Assembly (NCBI GenBank): GCA_002269645.1 | Contig: NIVC01000963.1 | Location: forward strand, 1-64,000 | Length of the DNA: 64,000 bases | Source of the DNA: Macrostomum lignano | Taxonomy: Eukaryota | Reading direction: 5' to 3' | Shown: in pieces, positions 24,101-37,023 of the stretch | Layout: each line of letters starts with the position of its first letter | How positions within the stretch are numbered: position 1 is the first letter of the stretch | Notes under the pieces: model-generated | What the model saw: only the letters and a program-made list of their open reading frames with translations | What the model was told of the DNA's origin: nothing | The model's database searches: none | Made by a program: the position numbers and the translations under genes

Positions 24101-24411
24101 TATGGGGCAGAAACTCACCTGTCTATGTGGCAGACACTCACCTATCTATGGGGCAGACACTCACCTGTCTATGAGGCAGACACTCACCTGTCTATGGGGC
24201 AGACACTCATCTGTCTATGGGGCAGACACTCATCTGTCTATGGGGCAGAAACTCACCTGTCTATGGGGCAGAAACTCACCTGTCTATGGAGCAGACACTC
24301 ATCTGTCTATGTGGCAGACACTCACCTATCTATGGGGCAGAAACTAACCTGTCTATGTGGCAGACACTCACCTATCTATGGGGCAGACACTCACCTGTCT
24401 ATGGGGCAGAC
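21165..24411 (-). repeat. 23-bp minisatellite GTCTGCCCCATAGACAG|GTGAGT, ~140 copies, equal to the exon 2 / intron junction
   Basis: Unit = last 17 coding nt plus first 6 intron nt. Confidence 0.95.
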
Positions 24412-24827
24412 CTCGTCCTCGCCGTGCAGGCACTCGCTGATGCCATCGCAGACAAAGTTGATGGGCACGCAGGCGGGGTCCCGCGGCCCCTTGCCGGTGG
24501 AGAACCTGCAGGAGAACTCGTAGCTGAAGCCGCAGTTACCGCGGCCGGGACAGCCGATCTCGTCCTGGCCGGAGCTGCAGTCGATGGTGCCGTCACAGCG
24601 CACGCTGGCTTTGAGGCAGCGCCCGTCGCAGTGGAACTCGCAGTCGGCCGCGGCTGCCCGGCAAATGTCCGGCGACTCGTCCGAGCCGTCAAAGCAGTCC
24701 TTGAAGCCGTCGCAGACGAAGCTGCGGGTGACGCAGGACTTGCCGTCCAGGCAGCGGAACTGGTCGGGGCCGCAGGCTCCGCGGGCCACGGCCCCGGGCG
24801 CGGGGCAGTCCATCTCGTCTGAGTAGT
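24395..24827 (-). CDS. LDLR-family exon 2: LDLa repeats
   Basis: Three class A repeats (CDGFKDCFDGSDE, CDGTIDCSSGQDE, CDGISECLHGEDE); 433 nt, phase 1-2, matching exon 3. Confidence 0.9.
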
Positions 24828-24974
24828 CTGCCAGGCCTGGGCGGGATGGAGAGGCGAAGCAGCGGGGTTGAAGAAAGGGATTTCTGAGGACCGGAGTCTG
24901 GGCGGGCATCAGGGCGGGAGTCGGGACAGAGGAGCGTCAGGGCGTGTATGATATGGGGGAATCGAGAGGGGAAC

Positions 24975-25560
24975 AGGGATCAGGGATCAGGGAGGAGATC
25001 AGGGAGGGGAATAGGGAGGGGATCAGGGAGGGGAATAGGGAGGGGATCAGGGAGGGGAATAGGGAGGGGATCAGGGAGGGGAATAGGGAGGGGATCAGGG
25101 AGGGGAATAGGGAGGGGATCAGGGAGGGGAATAGGGAGGGGATCAGGGAGGGGAATAGGGAGGGGATCAGGGAGGGGAATAGGGAGGGGATCAGGGAGGG
25201 GAATAGGGAGGGGATCAGGGAGGGGAATAGGGAGGGGATCAGGGAGGGGAATAGGGAGGGGATCAGGGAGGGGAATAGGGAGGGGATCAGGGAGGGGAAT
25301 AGGGAGGGGATCAGGGAGGGGAATAGGGAGGGGATCAGGGAGGGGAATAGGGAGGGGATCAGGGAGGGGAATAGGGAGGGATCAGGGAGGGGAATAGGGA
25401 GGGGATCAGGGAGGGGAATAGGGAGGGGATCAGGGAGGGGAATAGGGAGGGGATCAGGGAGGGGAATAGGGAGGGGATCAGGGAGGGGAATAGGGAGGGG
25501 ATCAGGGAGGGGAATAGGGAGGGGATCAGGGAGGGGAATAGGGAGGGGATCAGGGAGGGG
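24975..25560. repeat. 24-bp minisatellite GGGAGGGGAATAGGGAGGGGATCA, ~24 copies (intron 1)
   Basis: Near-perfect tandem units. Confidence 0.95.
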
Positions 25561-25591
25561 ATTAGCAAGGGGATCACTGGCATCAGCTCAC

Positions 25592-25934
25592 CAGTTCTCT
25601 CGCAGTCGAAGCTGCCATCGCAGCGCATGGTGGCGGGTAGGCAGTGGCCGGGGCTCTGGGCGCAGGCGAACTGTCCGTGGGCGCAGCGCCGCCGCTTGCA
25701 CAGCTCCAGGGACTCGTCGGCCGCGTCAGGGCAGTGTGGCCGGCCATCGCAGACGAGGTGGTCGGCGATGCAGCGCAGAGGCTGGCTGAGGCTGGAGCTG
25801 TTCCGCAGGGGGCAGGAGAACTGGCCGGGCTCCGGGCAAGTCAGCGTGGCAGCGGAGGCTGCGGATTTTCCGACGTCGGCGGCAGCTGCAATGTACAACA
25901 GCAGGGCGATGAAGCTCAGCTGCTTGCCTGGCAT
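25592..25934 (-). CDS. LDLR-family exon 1: signal peptide + LDLa repeats
   Basis: MPGKQLSFIALLLYIAAAA signal peptide, CDGRPHCPDAADE; gtgagc donor; splices to DYSDEMDC. Confidence 0.9.
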
Positions 25935-26409
25935 GCTTTCTAATTGCTGCTACTAGAAGAAGACTACTACGGAGAAAACGAAAGCACAGGCAGAGAAAAA
26001 GAGAACAGAGCAGAAAGAATCTCTACTCAGTGCTGTGTTCTTATTTCACAGCCCAGCCAAGACAATCAATGCCTACTCAGGACAAGGGCGGGGCAGCTGC
26101 TCCGCTCCCTCCAAGCACTGAATGGCCGCTCGCACAAAAAAACCCGCCACTCCCTGTCTGCCTCTCCGCCCTCCCCCGCTCATCAAAGTCTGCTCGTCTG
26201 CTCAGCGGCTGCTCGTACCTGAGCGGGGTGGGGGCAACTGGTGGTCTCTCGCTGCATTCACTGAATTTGCGCACACTGCTCAGTGCTCAGCGAATCTGCT
26301 TAGGATATGCGATTGCGGAGTTTACAGAACGAAGTGAACGGTTCCGTCCATTTCCCGTGAGATTGGAGGAGCATTGGGCATTACGAGTATGGGCAGGATT
26401 TCTATAATA

Positions 26410-26618
26410 TACAGTGGGGAGGTCAACAGGCTATCCATAACAGACAGTGGGGAGGTCAACAGGCTATCCATAACAGACAGTGGGGAGGTCAACAGGCTAT
26501 CCATAACAGACAGTGGGGAGGTCAACAGGCTATCCATAACAGACAGTGGGGGCGGTCAACAGGCTATCCATAACAGACAGTGGGGGCGGTCAACAGGCTA
26601 TCCATAACAGACAGTGGG
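26410..26618. repeat. 33-bp minisatellite, ~6 copies
   Basis: CAGTGGGGAGGTCAACAGGCTATCCATAACAGA units. Confidence 0.9.
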
Positions 26619-27429
26619 GAAGTCAAAGGAGCGGCTGGGAACGGGAACAGGGCGGGGTGGGAGAGGGGAGAGACAGTAGGGGAGAGAAAAGGGTAAGGGA
26701 GGGGGAGGGAAGAGTGGAGGGTAGAGAAGAGCATACGGGAAAGGGCAACGGAGGGTAGTGGAGAGGGTAGGAGAGACGGAGCAGAGAGAGAGGACAGGGT
26801 AGAGAGTGGAGGTAAAGAGTAGGGAAGGGAGAGGGTAGAGAGGGTAGTGGATAGAGGAGAGGGAGACTGGAGAGTAGAGGGTAGAGATGGTAGAGGGTAC
26901 AGTAGAGGGTAGAAGAGAGGGGGAGAGGAGGAGGGGAGGCAAGACAGCAGAGGTAGCTGGTGGAGAGCTCAAATACAAGTATTGGGCAGGCAGGCAGACA
27001 GGCAGAGCCGAGTATTTAGCTGCAGGCAAACACGGAAAAGCACAGAAGTGCAGCACAATGGCCAGGCTCAAACACACAGAATACTGCGCTGCATCAGTCA
27101 AAAAAAATTTGGCAGTTTAGTTGGACAAAAAAGATTAAAAGAACAAAAAGCACAGCGGGGTGGGGTATGGCGAGGCGAGACAGGCAGTCAGGTGAAATGG
27201 GCGGGCGACTACTGGCCTGCCTGCAGTGCCTGCTGCCTACTCAATGGAGCGAAGAGAACGATATGGCTATTGTCCCAATGTGAATGGCCGACCAGCTACT
27301 CAAGCTCTGATGAAAAAAAACAGTTCAGATTTTTGAGCTGTTTGTCTATGCAGGCTAGCAGGTAGGCGGGCTGAACACGTGAAATGGCCTGGGGGTGTGT
27401 GACTTAGTGCTTGTGCGAGCTACTTGTCT

Positions 27430-27845
27430 GAGATAGCTGGCCCCAGCATCCTGTCTGAGCTGATGATGCCAGGTAGCTGGCCCCAGCATCCTGTCTGAGC
27501 TGATGATGCCAGGTAGCTGGCCCCAGCATCCTGTCTGAGCTGATGATGCCAGGTAGCTGGCCCCAGCATCCTGACTGAGCTGATGATGCCAGGTAGCTGG
27601 CCCCAGCATCCTGTCTGAGCTGATGATGCCAGGTAGCTGGCCCCAGCATCCTGTGTGAGCTGATGATGCCAGGTAGCTGGCCCCGGCATCCTGTGTGAGC
27701 TGATGATGCCAGGTAGCTGGCCCCAGCATCCTGTCTGAGCTGATGATGCCAGGTAGCTGGCCCCAGCATCCTGTCTGAGCTGATGATGCCAGGTAGCTGG
27801 CCCCAGCATCGCATCCTGTCTGAGCTGATGATGCCAAGTAGCTGG
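27430..27845. repeat. 40-bp minisatellite, ~10 copies
   Basis: GATGCCAGGTAGCTGGCCCCAGCATCCTGTCTGAGCTGAT; period 40 checked. Confidence 0.95.
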
Positions 27846-28122
27846 CAAGGTGAAGGGAGAAGGGGAGAGAAGGGGAGATGAAAGGAGAAAGAGGGAAAGC
27901 TGAGGAGATACGAGTATAAAAAGCTGGAGATGAAGAGGCAAGATTTGGAGAGACGGAGATGGAGGATTGAAGAGAGACAGTGTGACCCTTAGCCCCGCTG
28001 TAAGCGCATTCGAAATGCCACGTGACTAAAATCTAGCTTAAACAAGCAATAATTAGTTTGCAACCCACTGCCATAGCCAGGCCAGCGCAGGCAACCTACA
28101 AACAAATTCGCGAATAACCTAC

Positions 28123-28260
28123 CTCGGTCGCATCCGAAATCGGCATCGTTGGAGCACTGGATCCGACACTTCAGCGACTCCGGCAGGCAGTACACCTTGT
28201 CAGCGGTGGCGTTGTGACACTCGAAGTAGCCCGTGTTGGGTTCGCAGTACACCAGCAGTT
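28123..28260 (-). CDS. Orphan Cys-rich phase 1-1 exon (extracellular module, LDLa-like)
   Basis: tag acceptor and gtaggt donor; 138 nt; YCEPNTGYFEC...YCLPESLKCRIQCSNDADFGCDR. Confidence 0.5.
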
Positions 28261-28344
28261 CTACGCATCGCGTTGGAGTTGGGATTTATTTTTGTGATTT
28301 CATATCAATATAGTTGCTGAGCTGCTTTATGTAGTGTACTGCTG

Positions 28345-28860
28345 TGGGCCGCCGCTCACTGCCTGGTCCTCTAGTGGGCCGCCGCTCACTCTCCGGTCCT
28401 CTAGTTGGCCGCTGCTCACTCCTTGGTCTTCTAGTGGGCCGCCGCTCACTCCCTGGTCTTCTAGTGGGCCGCCGCTCACTCCCTGGTCCTCTAGTTGGCC
28501 GCCGCTCACTCCCTGGTCTTCTAGTGGGCCGTCGCTCAGCGCTCACTCATTGGTCCTCTAGTGGGCCGCCGCCAACTCCCTCCCGGGTCATCTAGTGGGG
28601 TAAGTGGGCCGCCGCTCACTCCCTGGTCCTCTAGTGGGCCGCCGCTCACTCCCTGGTCTTCTAGTGGGCCGCCGCTCACTCCCTGGTCCTTTAGTGGGCT
28701 GTCACTAACTCGCTGGTCTTCTAGTGGGCTGTCACTCACTCACGGGTCCTCTAGTGGGCTGTCACTCACTGTCATTGGTCTTCTAGTGGGCTGTCACTCA
28801 TTTACTGGTTCTCTAGTAGGCAGGCTGTCACTCCCTGGTCCTCTAGTGGGCCGTATCAAT
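28345..28860. repeat. 30-bp minisatellite CTAGTGGGCCGCCGCTCACTCCCTGGTCCT
   Basis: Tandem units, degenerating to the right. Confidence 0.9.
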
Positions 28861-31800
28861 TCTACTACAATATTACGTTACGAGTTAATACAACGCAAAG
28901 CAGAGCACTCACTCATAAAGTCCTCCTTGGACAATCCGGTCAAAGAAATGGCCGGAACCGGAACAGTCAGACTGAGCAGTGAAGAGTACAATAGCAGCAT
29001 AAATTTCACAGCATGCCGGCCGCTGCTGTATCGCATTTTGGGTATTATATTCCGGTTGAGCTCGATCCTACTTTATCTGTCTGTCGGGCTGGCAAACCAA
29101 TTAAAAAACAATCGAAAAGTACGGCAGCACAAATGCAGCCACTTTGAACTTGAGCCGTCCTTGACTGATCTGGCCGGCCGCTCCAGTTTATTTATTTATT
29201 TTGTTTGTTATGTTTCAGCAGTGCTGCCGAACTGCAAATATTCCTAAAATTACGATTTACATTTTAATTATCGTTACAGTTACAGGGCATGCAGCCACTC
29301 ATGCACTAAGTATGCCCTATCCTGTCTTGTTTTATAATGTTTCTGACTTAGCAGTTGGCAAATATCAGATACAATACAATTCTCAAAAGGCCATGAATAG
29401 TCTGGACGCGCGTCCTATTCTGAATGGGTGGTGTGGTCGGCGGGGGGCTCAGGTTCAAATGTACATCTGCTAGCAAAGTGTACATTCAAACCCTTCCTTT
29501 CCACCCTTTCCGTCTGAGCGAATCAACCCCCTCACACCCCTCCCCCCACGCTGGCGTAAACCCCCAACCAAACATCGGCCGCACTAGGAGGAGAACCAAA
29601 AATACTTTACCCAAAGCGAAAGCGAAGCCCAGTTTAATCAGTTCAGGCCTGGAGGCGGCGTTTTGATCACGTGACTCGTCACCCCATGTTTTTCCGAGGT
29701 TTCCCCTTGCCCTCTTGGGAAGTTGGGAGTCTCGCCAGTCGCCAGCCTACAGTTAGTTGTATTTGTGAAGTTATGAGTGAAGCTTGCTACGCGTCTGCCA
29801 CAAATCACAATTGATTCACATTACTGTTACAAAAATTCCTTTGAATTTCTAGCATGAATCAGCTTTCTCAAATAATTTGCGCCTGTCTGCTAATGCCAGC
29901 AAAATTTACATTTCTCCAGCAATACGAGCGTATAGCTAAACAAGTTAACAAGTTAACGCCCGTTTGGTGTCTATAAGTTAGTAAGGCCAATAGGAAGAGC
30001 CGATAGCCATATGTCAGTCGCCAGGTGTGCTGCGTGCAGTGCATGACAAATGAGGAGTCACGAGTGACAAGGAAAAGTTCTTTTGGCCAGCCGAATCCCA
30101 CTGCAGTCCGCATTACTTTCTGCTGCTTCTGTACTTGTGAATCAATTTCGAGTTTAGCAATCCCGACAGAAATAAAAAGATAATTCTCTAACTTTCTTGA
30201 GTTTATATAGTGACCAATACGTTGATAATACTGTCTGTCTGATTGTAGGGTTGTACTTTCGTGTGGTGTGACAGTGTTTCAATCAGACACTTTATCACTA
30301 GTCAAGCTGTCATTTCTGTTAGGCGTCAACAAGGGCAGGACAATCGAGAACAATTCGGTGTCAAGTGGTTTCGGTGGACACGAAACAGCACTTGCTCGGA
30401 TCGTGACACTCGGCACTCTTATCAGAGATAAGAATAAGTAGTTAATGAACACGCCATCATGCCATGCTCGTGGTGCCATGCGTGCCAGCGCTGATATTCA
30501 GATCTTGAGTGCGATAAGCTACGTTATTGAGTTCCTGGAGTAATAAACTGCAATTGAAATACACTGTACCCAGTGCGTCATAACAGATATCGCAGTTAAA
30601 GAGCCTGCTGTGAACTCAAACCTATCATGTCACCCCTCAAAGCAGGTAGATATAGTGGCAGACACTGCGTATTCTACTTATAATAAGGCAATCTGTGAGC
30701 TCTATCTGCCTGCTTATCTCCGAAAAAATGAAAGATTATTTGCAATCTATCAATCAAAAATGATTCTGCGGTCAGCAGAGACACGAGAAATGGGAGTTTA
30801 ATATTTAACTCGACAATCGTTGATTTAAATTAGGGCTAAGATTAATATCAAGTAAAGGTTTATTATAAGGTTTGGTAGGTTAATGTTTAGGTTAGGGCTA
30901 GAGCTCATGTTTAGTGTAAGTTAAGGTAAGATAAATTACCGTTAAGGCTTAGGTTAATGCTATATAGCATTCTAGTGCCCCCAACAAAGAATGGAATAAT
31001 TTTTTAAATAAACTACATGTAAGCTTCTGACTTTTCAGCCTTGACATCTCAGCAATTCCCCCCGTAAGCATTGACATCTCAACAATTCTCCGTTAAGCCT
31101 TGACATTAAGGTTTAGATTGGTAAAAGTTTAGGTTAAGATTTAGGTTAAGGTTTAGGTCTGGATCGGCAGTCAGTTATGGCAGTCAAATGTCGTGAACCC
31201 TCAAGGAGTACGAGTATTTCAATTTTTCTTGTACTTCCTTTTTACAACACACTACTTACAACTCAGCCGTGTTTCGTGATCCGGCCGTCCCGGTTCAGTA
31301 AGCCATGTGCATCCTCCGAGCATTGCGAGTCGCAGAGGTCACAGTTCCTAGAATACTTTTTTTTATAATTGCTAACTGGCATTAGTTTCTAGCTGCCTTT
31401 GTGTCAGTGTGCACATCGAGAAGCTAAATTAAATCATTCGCAAAAATTTTCGTTCGCAAATTCTCGTTTTGTTACTGCAAGTAGCGCGAATAAACTCTGG
31501 CTACGAGCAGTATTCATTATCTCACCAGCTATTACCGGTACTTTACGAGCGTAGTAGATTACGCTCCAGATATAGGCATATTTCAGTTGATATTCACTGA
31601 GTCTAATGGAAACAAAGGTTTATTGTAATTTATACTTCAAAAAACCTTTAATTTTTTCTAACGTACATGTTATGCTATGAAGGACTGCCGCATGTAACGA
31701 CGTACAATTAATTGACTAAATAAAGTATAAAAAATAGCTTGAATATCACTGGATATAAGTATGAGTGCTCTGCCTACTGTCTCATCATCCCTGACGCACT

Positions 31801-34159
31801 TTAAGCGACATTGTCACAACCGGCGAGACGCATTACTGCCCATTCCGCCGACTCACCTGAGCAGGCACACAAGTGCGCGAATATAGTGTATGGCGCCCCA
31901 ACTTTATTTTTCGTTAGGCATGTACTTGGGGGTTGGATCTCAAGAGCGTTAATTGCAAGAGCAGATCGCCAAGCCGAGATTCCACAAGTTAGTCCCAAAT
32001 TAATGTGACTGAACTTGGAAACGAACCCTGGCCGCCGGCACGTAAGAGCGCTGAGCTATGACTACTGGGCACCCCAATAGCCTAACTCTTTAATTATCAG
32101 CCTAATTCAGTCATGCTCTAGAGTCTAGACTACTAAGGATACATTTAGCTGTTGATAGGATAAGTTGCCAAATCCTCTGCGAGAAACACTTGCTTCCCCA
32201 GAGTTCATTGCGGCGCAACTTTGGCTCTGAACAGATCGAGAGCATGGTCTTCACCTCAAGAAGACATCAAGACAGTTCCTGACTTCCTGATCGCCAAAGG
32301 GGGTGGGCGTTGTTCGTGGCAATTGTCGAGACCGTCTTGCTCAATTGAGCCAAGTCGTGGATTGTGGATGCTGAAATATTTGCAATTGGAGCTGACGGAG
32401 CTCATCTGAACCAATGCCAATCCATGTGCAACTAGTCGTACTTCATGTACTTTGATCTGGATCTGGTCGCTTTTGTTAATTACTTGATGACAAATAACAA
32501 TCATCAAACAATGAAGTGAATTGATTCAGTTAGTCCCGGATCTCGCACTCAGGGAAATTAAGACTCACTGCGGGCTCCGGTCTGTCTGTCGGAGAGCCTC
32601 TCCTACAAGCCTTCTCTAATACTTCCGTGAGCCTCCATTGCCTCATCCGCCCCTGCTGAGCACAAAAAACAGGAGGATAAAGCAGGTCACACAGTCTGAC
32701 GATACGAGAGGTCTGCAGCTTGACAACCGTTTTCACCCTTTCTATACGAGTAATTACACACCTATTTCCTTCACGCTAAAACTATTCAACTGGGAATGCT
32801 GCCGCCATTGTTTTGTGAGTCGCCATCTTTCTCTATCGTTCGTGGAGGATCTTTCTAATGGGAGGGGAAAAGTGAGAGAGAATCTGCTGGTATCACTTGG
32901 AGGGCATTAGAATACCAGCAGACTATTTGGGAGCTTTGACTTACTTTTGCCAAGTAGCTTTTCAACTTTTCAACGACTCTATTGAACAGCGCCGTGTCCC
33001 TATACTCGTAATTTCATAGGGGCCCAGTGCCGTCTGTCCTCTCCTGTCTGTCTGTCTCGCTCCAGTCAGAGCGAAAATTGCTGGGGAGGGAGACTTACGG
33101 GGAATCTGTGCAAGGGGGAAGTTGACCACTTTTATCTCGCCACGGAACTCTTCTGTTTACAGCCACGCCATGTCCTCTAAATTTGAGACGATTCTAGCCT
33201 GTCGATACGGGCCCAAGACTTCAAGACGCTTCCATGAAGGCATTCTTTTGCAGCAGTCTGAGCGCTCTCTTCTTGTATATTCGTAGAATGGATGAAGCTC
33301 GCGCCAGCTTGCGCCAGTGGAGGAGCTGCGCGGCGAACTCAGGTCACAGAGCATGCAATAGTAACACCTAATAAGCAGGGCATCATCAGGCATCTTCTAT
33401 TACAACAAGCGGGCTAAAGTTACAGTTCATTATCAATCACTTTCTCGAAAGCAGGGAAGTGAGAACGCGAGAGAAAATTGTTATACAGACGCGAAAGAGG
33501 GAGATTGAGATATTGAATGGAAAGAGTGACCACAAAAAGAAACGAAGTAAACTGCTCAGAGTCGAGTGCTATCAAGTGAGACACGAGCCTGTAGGAGGAC
33601 TCGACAGTCAGAGAATGAGGAGGCGCAGCAAACAATGTAGGGGCTGCGTTGAACTGATTTGGAGAAGTTTTGCTCAGCCACTCAGCGCCTATCACAATTT
33701 TCAATGCTACGGAGGGACTCGAAGGAAAAACTTCGGAGCCGAGATGCCAATTAAGACTCGGGTTTGGGGAACCGGTATAGCTCGCGCGAGAAGTGCCTGA
33801 CATCTGTGCTTCTGTGCGAAGCGAATTAAGAGCGGACTGTGCAGGCATTTGACTCGGTCAGCCAACCATTAATTAGCTTATTAGCTGGACATTTGGGCGA
33901 CTTCGTTGTTGTCCGATTTCCTTACTTCCAATTTCTAGTCAAGGACTGAGCAAGAGCAACATACCAGCTATCTCGTCCGCAGTGTCAACTCCCATCACTA
34001 CCAGTATAGTCTGGTCTGGTTTGAAAATGAGCCTTCTTTTCAAATGCAAAACGCATGGAAACAAAGTCTCTGATTTGCTAATTAATAAATTCTTGTATTT
34101 AGAGATTCTCTGACTCTGAAAGTCCGAGCCAGTCAGAAACGGTCAGAATCAGAATAAAG

Positions 34160-35628
34160 TGAAAATCAGTCAGAGTCAGTCAAATTCAGAGTCAGTCAGA
34201 GTCAGAGTCAGTCAGAGTCAGAGTCAGAGTCAGAGTCAGAGTCAGAGTCAGTCAGAGTCAGAGTCAGAGTCAGTCAGAGTCAGAGTCAGAGTCAGTCAGA
34301 GTCAGAGTCAGAGTCAGAGTCAGTCAGAGTCAGAGTCAGAGTCAGAGTCAGAGTCAGAGTCAGTCAGAGTCAGAGTCAGAGTCAGTCAGAGTCAGAGTCA
34401 GAGTCAGTCAGAGTCAGAGTCAGAGTCAGAGTCAGAGTCAGAGTCAGAGTCAGTCAGAGTCAGAGTCAGTCAGAGTCAGAGTCAGAGTCAGTCAGAGTCA
34501 GAGTCAGAGTCAGAGTCAGAGTCAGAGTCAGTCAGAGTCAAAGTCAGAGTCAGTCAAAGTCAGAGTCAGTCAGAGTCAGAGTCAGTCAGAGTCAGAGTCA
34601 GAGTCAGAGTCAGTCAGAGTCAGTCAGAGTCAGAGTCAGAGTCAGAGTCAGAGTCAGAGTCAGAGTCAGAGTCAGAGTCAGAGTCAGTCAGAGTCAGTCA
34701 GAGTCAGAGTCAGAGTCAGAGTCAAAGTCAGAGTCAGTCAGAGTCAGAGTCAGAGTCAGAGTCAGTCAGAGTCAGAGTCAGAGTCAGTCAGAGTCAGAGT
34801 CAGAGTCAGTCAGAGTCAGAGTCAGAGTCAGAGTCAGAGTCAGAGTCAGTCAGAGTCAGAGTCAGAGTCAGTCAGAGTCAGAGTCAGAGTCAGAGTCAGA
34901 GTCAGTCAGAGTCAGTCAGAGTCAGAGTCAGAGTCAGAGTCAGAGTCAGAGTCAGAGTCAGAGTCAGTCAGAGTCAGTCAGAGTCAGAGTCAGAGTCAGA
35001 GTCAAAGTCAGAGTCAGTCAGAGTCAGAGTCAGAGTCAGAGTCAGTCAGAGTCAGTCAGAGTCAGAGTCAGAGTCAGAGTCAGAGTCAGTCAGAGTCAGA
35101 GTCAGAGTCAGTCAGAGTCAGAGTCAGAGTCAGAGTCAGAGTCAGTCAGAGTCAGAGTCAGAGTCAGTCAGAGTCAGAGTCAGAGTCAGTCAGAGTCAGA
35201 GTCAGAGTCAGAGTCAGTCAGAGTCAGAGTCAGAGTCAGTCAGAGTCAGAGTCAGTCAGAGTCAGAGTCAGAGTCAGTCAGAGTCAGAGTCAGAGTCAGA
35301 GTCAGAGTCAGAGTCAGTCAGAGTCAGAGTCAGAGTCAGAGTCAAAGTCAGAGTCAGTCAGAGTCAGAGTCAGAGTCAGAGTCAGTCAGAGTCAGAGTCA
35401 GAGTCAGTCAGAGTCAGAGTCAGTCAGAGTCAGAGTCAGAGTCAGTCAGAGTCAGAGTCAGAGTCAGAGTCAGTCAGAGTCAGAGTCAGAGTCAGTCAGA
35501 GTCAGAGTCAGAGTCAGTCAGAGTCAGAGTCAGAGTCAGTCAGAGTCAGAGTCAGAGTCAGTCAGAGTCAGAGTCAGAGTCAGAGTCAGTCAGAGTCAGT
35601 CAGAGTCAGTCAGAGTCAGAGTCAGAGT
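34160..35628. repeat. Compound (GAGTCA)n/(GTCA)n microsatellite, ~1.5 kb
   Basis: Direct reading. Confidence 0.97.
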
Positions 35629-36130
35629 GATCAAATGACTTCTTCAAGCGCAATTAGGCAAGTGCGAGCACACAAACTTAATGGGTCGGATTGACAGAGA
35701 AAGTTTCATAAGTTCAATCATTTATGTTTTGACCATGCAGTTTAATATGATGAAATTTCCCACACCACATGTGAGCACAGCAATGCATTATATAAAGTTG
35801 CAACACGAGTGGATTGGATTCGTGCAGTGACAACCGGAAGCAAGGTATATAATACTGACTATATACACGCGCCCTTCGCTATTGTGACCGCTCAGGCATG
35901 TAACATGGGTGGGCAGCAGCTGCTCAATCAGTATGCAGTATGAACTATTAACAATTGGCAAGCGTGACATCATTCAGCAGACAGAGGAGAATAAGCAAAT
36001 TAGATAACGTCCACGACTGACGTGCTCTACCGGTATCGCTCGCACTTGGACTCCAAAACTAACAAGCATGCTGATGAATAACATTTAGAAAAAACGAAAG
36101 CAATCGGGTTAGAAATGTCGGCGAGTTTCA

Positions 36131-36509
36131 TCAATTTGTCTTCGATGGGTCCCAGATTGTTGACGAAGTTGCAGGAGCCGCTGCATCCCACGGGTATTGC
36201 AGCTGAAGCTGCGGCTGCTGCAGCATCAGGGATGTTGGCTGACTACTGGCCTGGAACTGAATGGCGTGCTGCGGCTGGGGCTGGGGCTGCGGCTGGGGCT
36301 GGGGCTGCGGCTGCGGAGTGCAGACCGCTCCTCTAAGCCGGACCTGGTGGGGGGGCACCCCGTTGATCACCTGGCCCATGAACCGGATGTAGGTGATGGC
36401 CAGCCTGAGCGTCTCAATCCGCGACAGTCGCTTCTCGAAGGCGAAGGTTGGCACCTTGGTGCGCAGCGTGTCGAAGGCCTCGTTCAGATTGAACATGCGG
36501 CGTCTCTCC
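36131..36509 (-). CDS. Fer3: Fer3/FERD3L (NATO3)-like bHLH, exon 2
   Basis: [41 protein letters not shown] is near-identical to the FERD3L bHLH; ctttgtcag acceptor. Confidence 0.92.
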
Positions 36510-36613
36510 CTGACAAAGTTTCCGGGGTGTTTTGTTTACAGTTAAGCAAATTAAATTAAGACTCGAAAAATTTCAGGAGCAAGGGTAGACAAGATTTTAC
36601 TTTCACAACTCAC

Positions 36614-37023
36614 CTGACATTTGCCGCTTTTCTCTGGGCCTGCGACGCCACTCGCTTGCGTTTTGGCTTCTGGGGCCGAGCGGCTTGCTGCTCCTGCTGC
36701 TGCAGCTGCTGCTGAGCCGGTTGCGGAGGGAACTGCGGCTGAGGGTACTGGGCGTACTCACAAGGCATTGAACAGAAGTACTGCGGCTGCTGCGGCGGCA
36801 CTGGCGGCAGCTGAGTCTGCAGCTCGTCGGGCTGCCAGCACTGAGCTGCCGTCTCTGGGACGAACAGAGCCGCTCCCGAAGTCTCCATCGAGGAGGTCAT
36901 GTTGGCTGCGCTGCCCACGCTGCCGATGCTGCTGCTGCTGCAGTTGCTGCTGAAATTGCTGATGCTGCTAGCGACCTCTGCCGCCTGCTGCTGGCTGGCT
37001 AGACACGCAGGGGACGTGGCCAT
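36614..37023 (-). CDS. Fer3: Fer3/FERD3L-like bHLH, exon 1
   Basis: ATG at 37023; S/Q/P-rich N-terminus; QRKAANVR with AG|gtgagt donor; phase 2 fits exon 2. Confidence 0.88.

Noticed and set aside
30830-31160. Telomere-like GGTTAG/GGTTTAGG repeats
   Set aside because: Only scattered degenerate copies and no (TTAGGG)n run; more likely an old transposon interior.
31800-33850. Short Cys/His-containing ORFs, possibly a decayed transposase
   Set aside because: No recognisable catalytic motif or termini could be established by eye.
34160-35628. Array of AP-1 sites near Fer3 (reverse strand TGACTC repeats)
   Set aside because: The repeat gives TGACTCT or TGACTGA, not the TGACTCA consensus.
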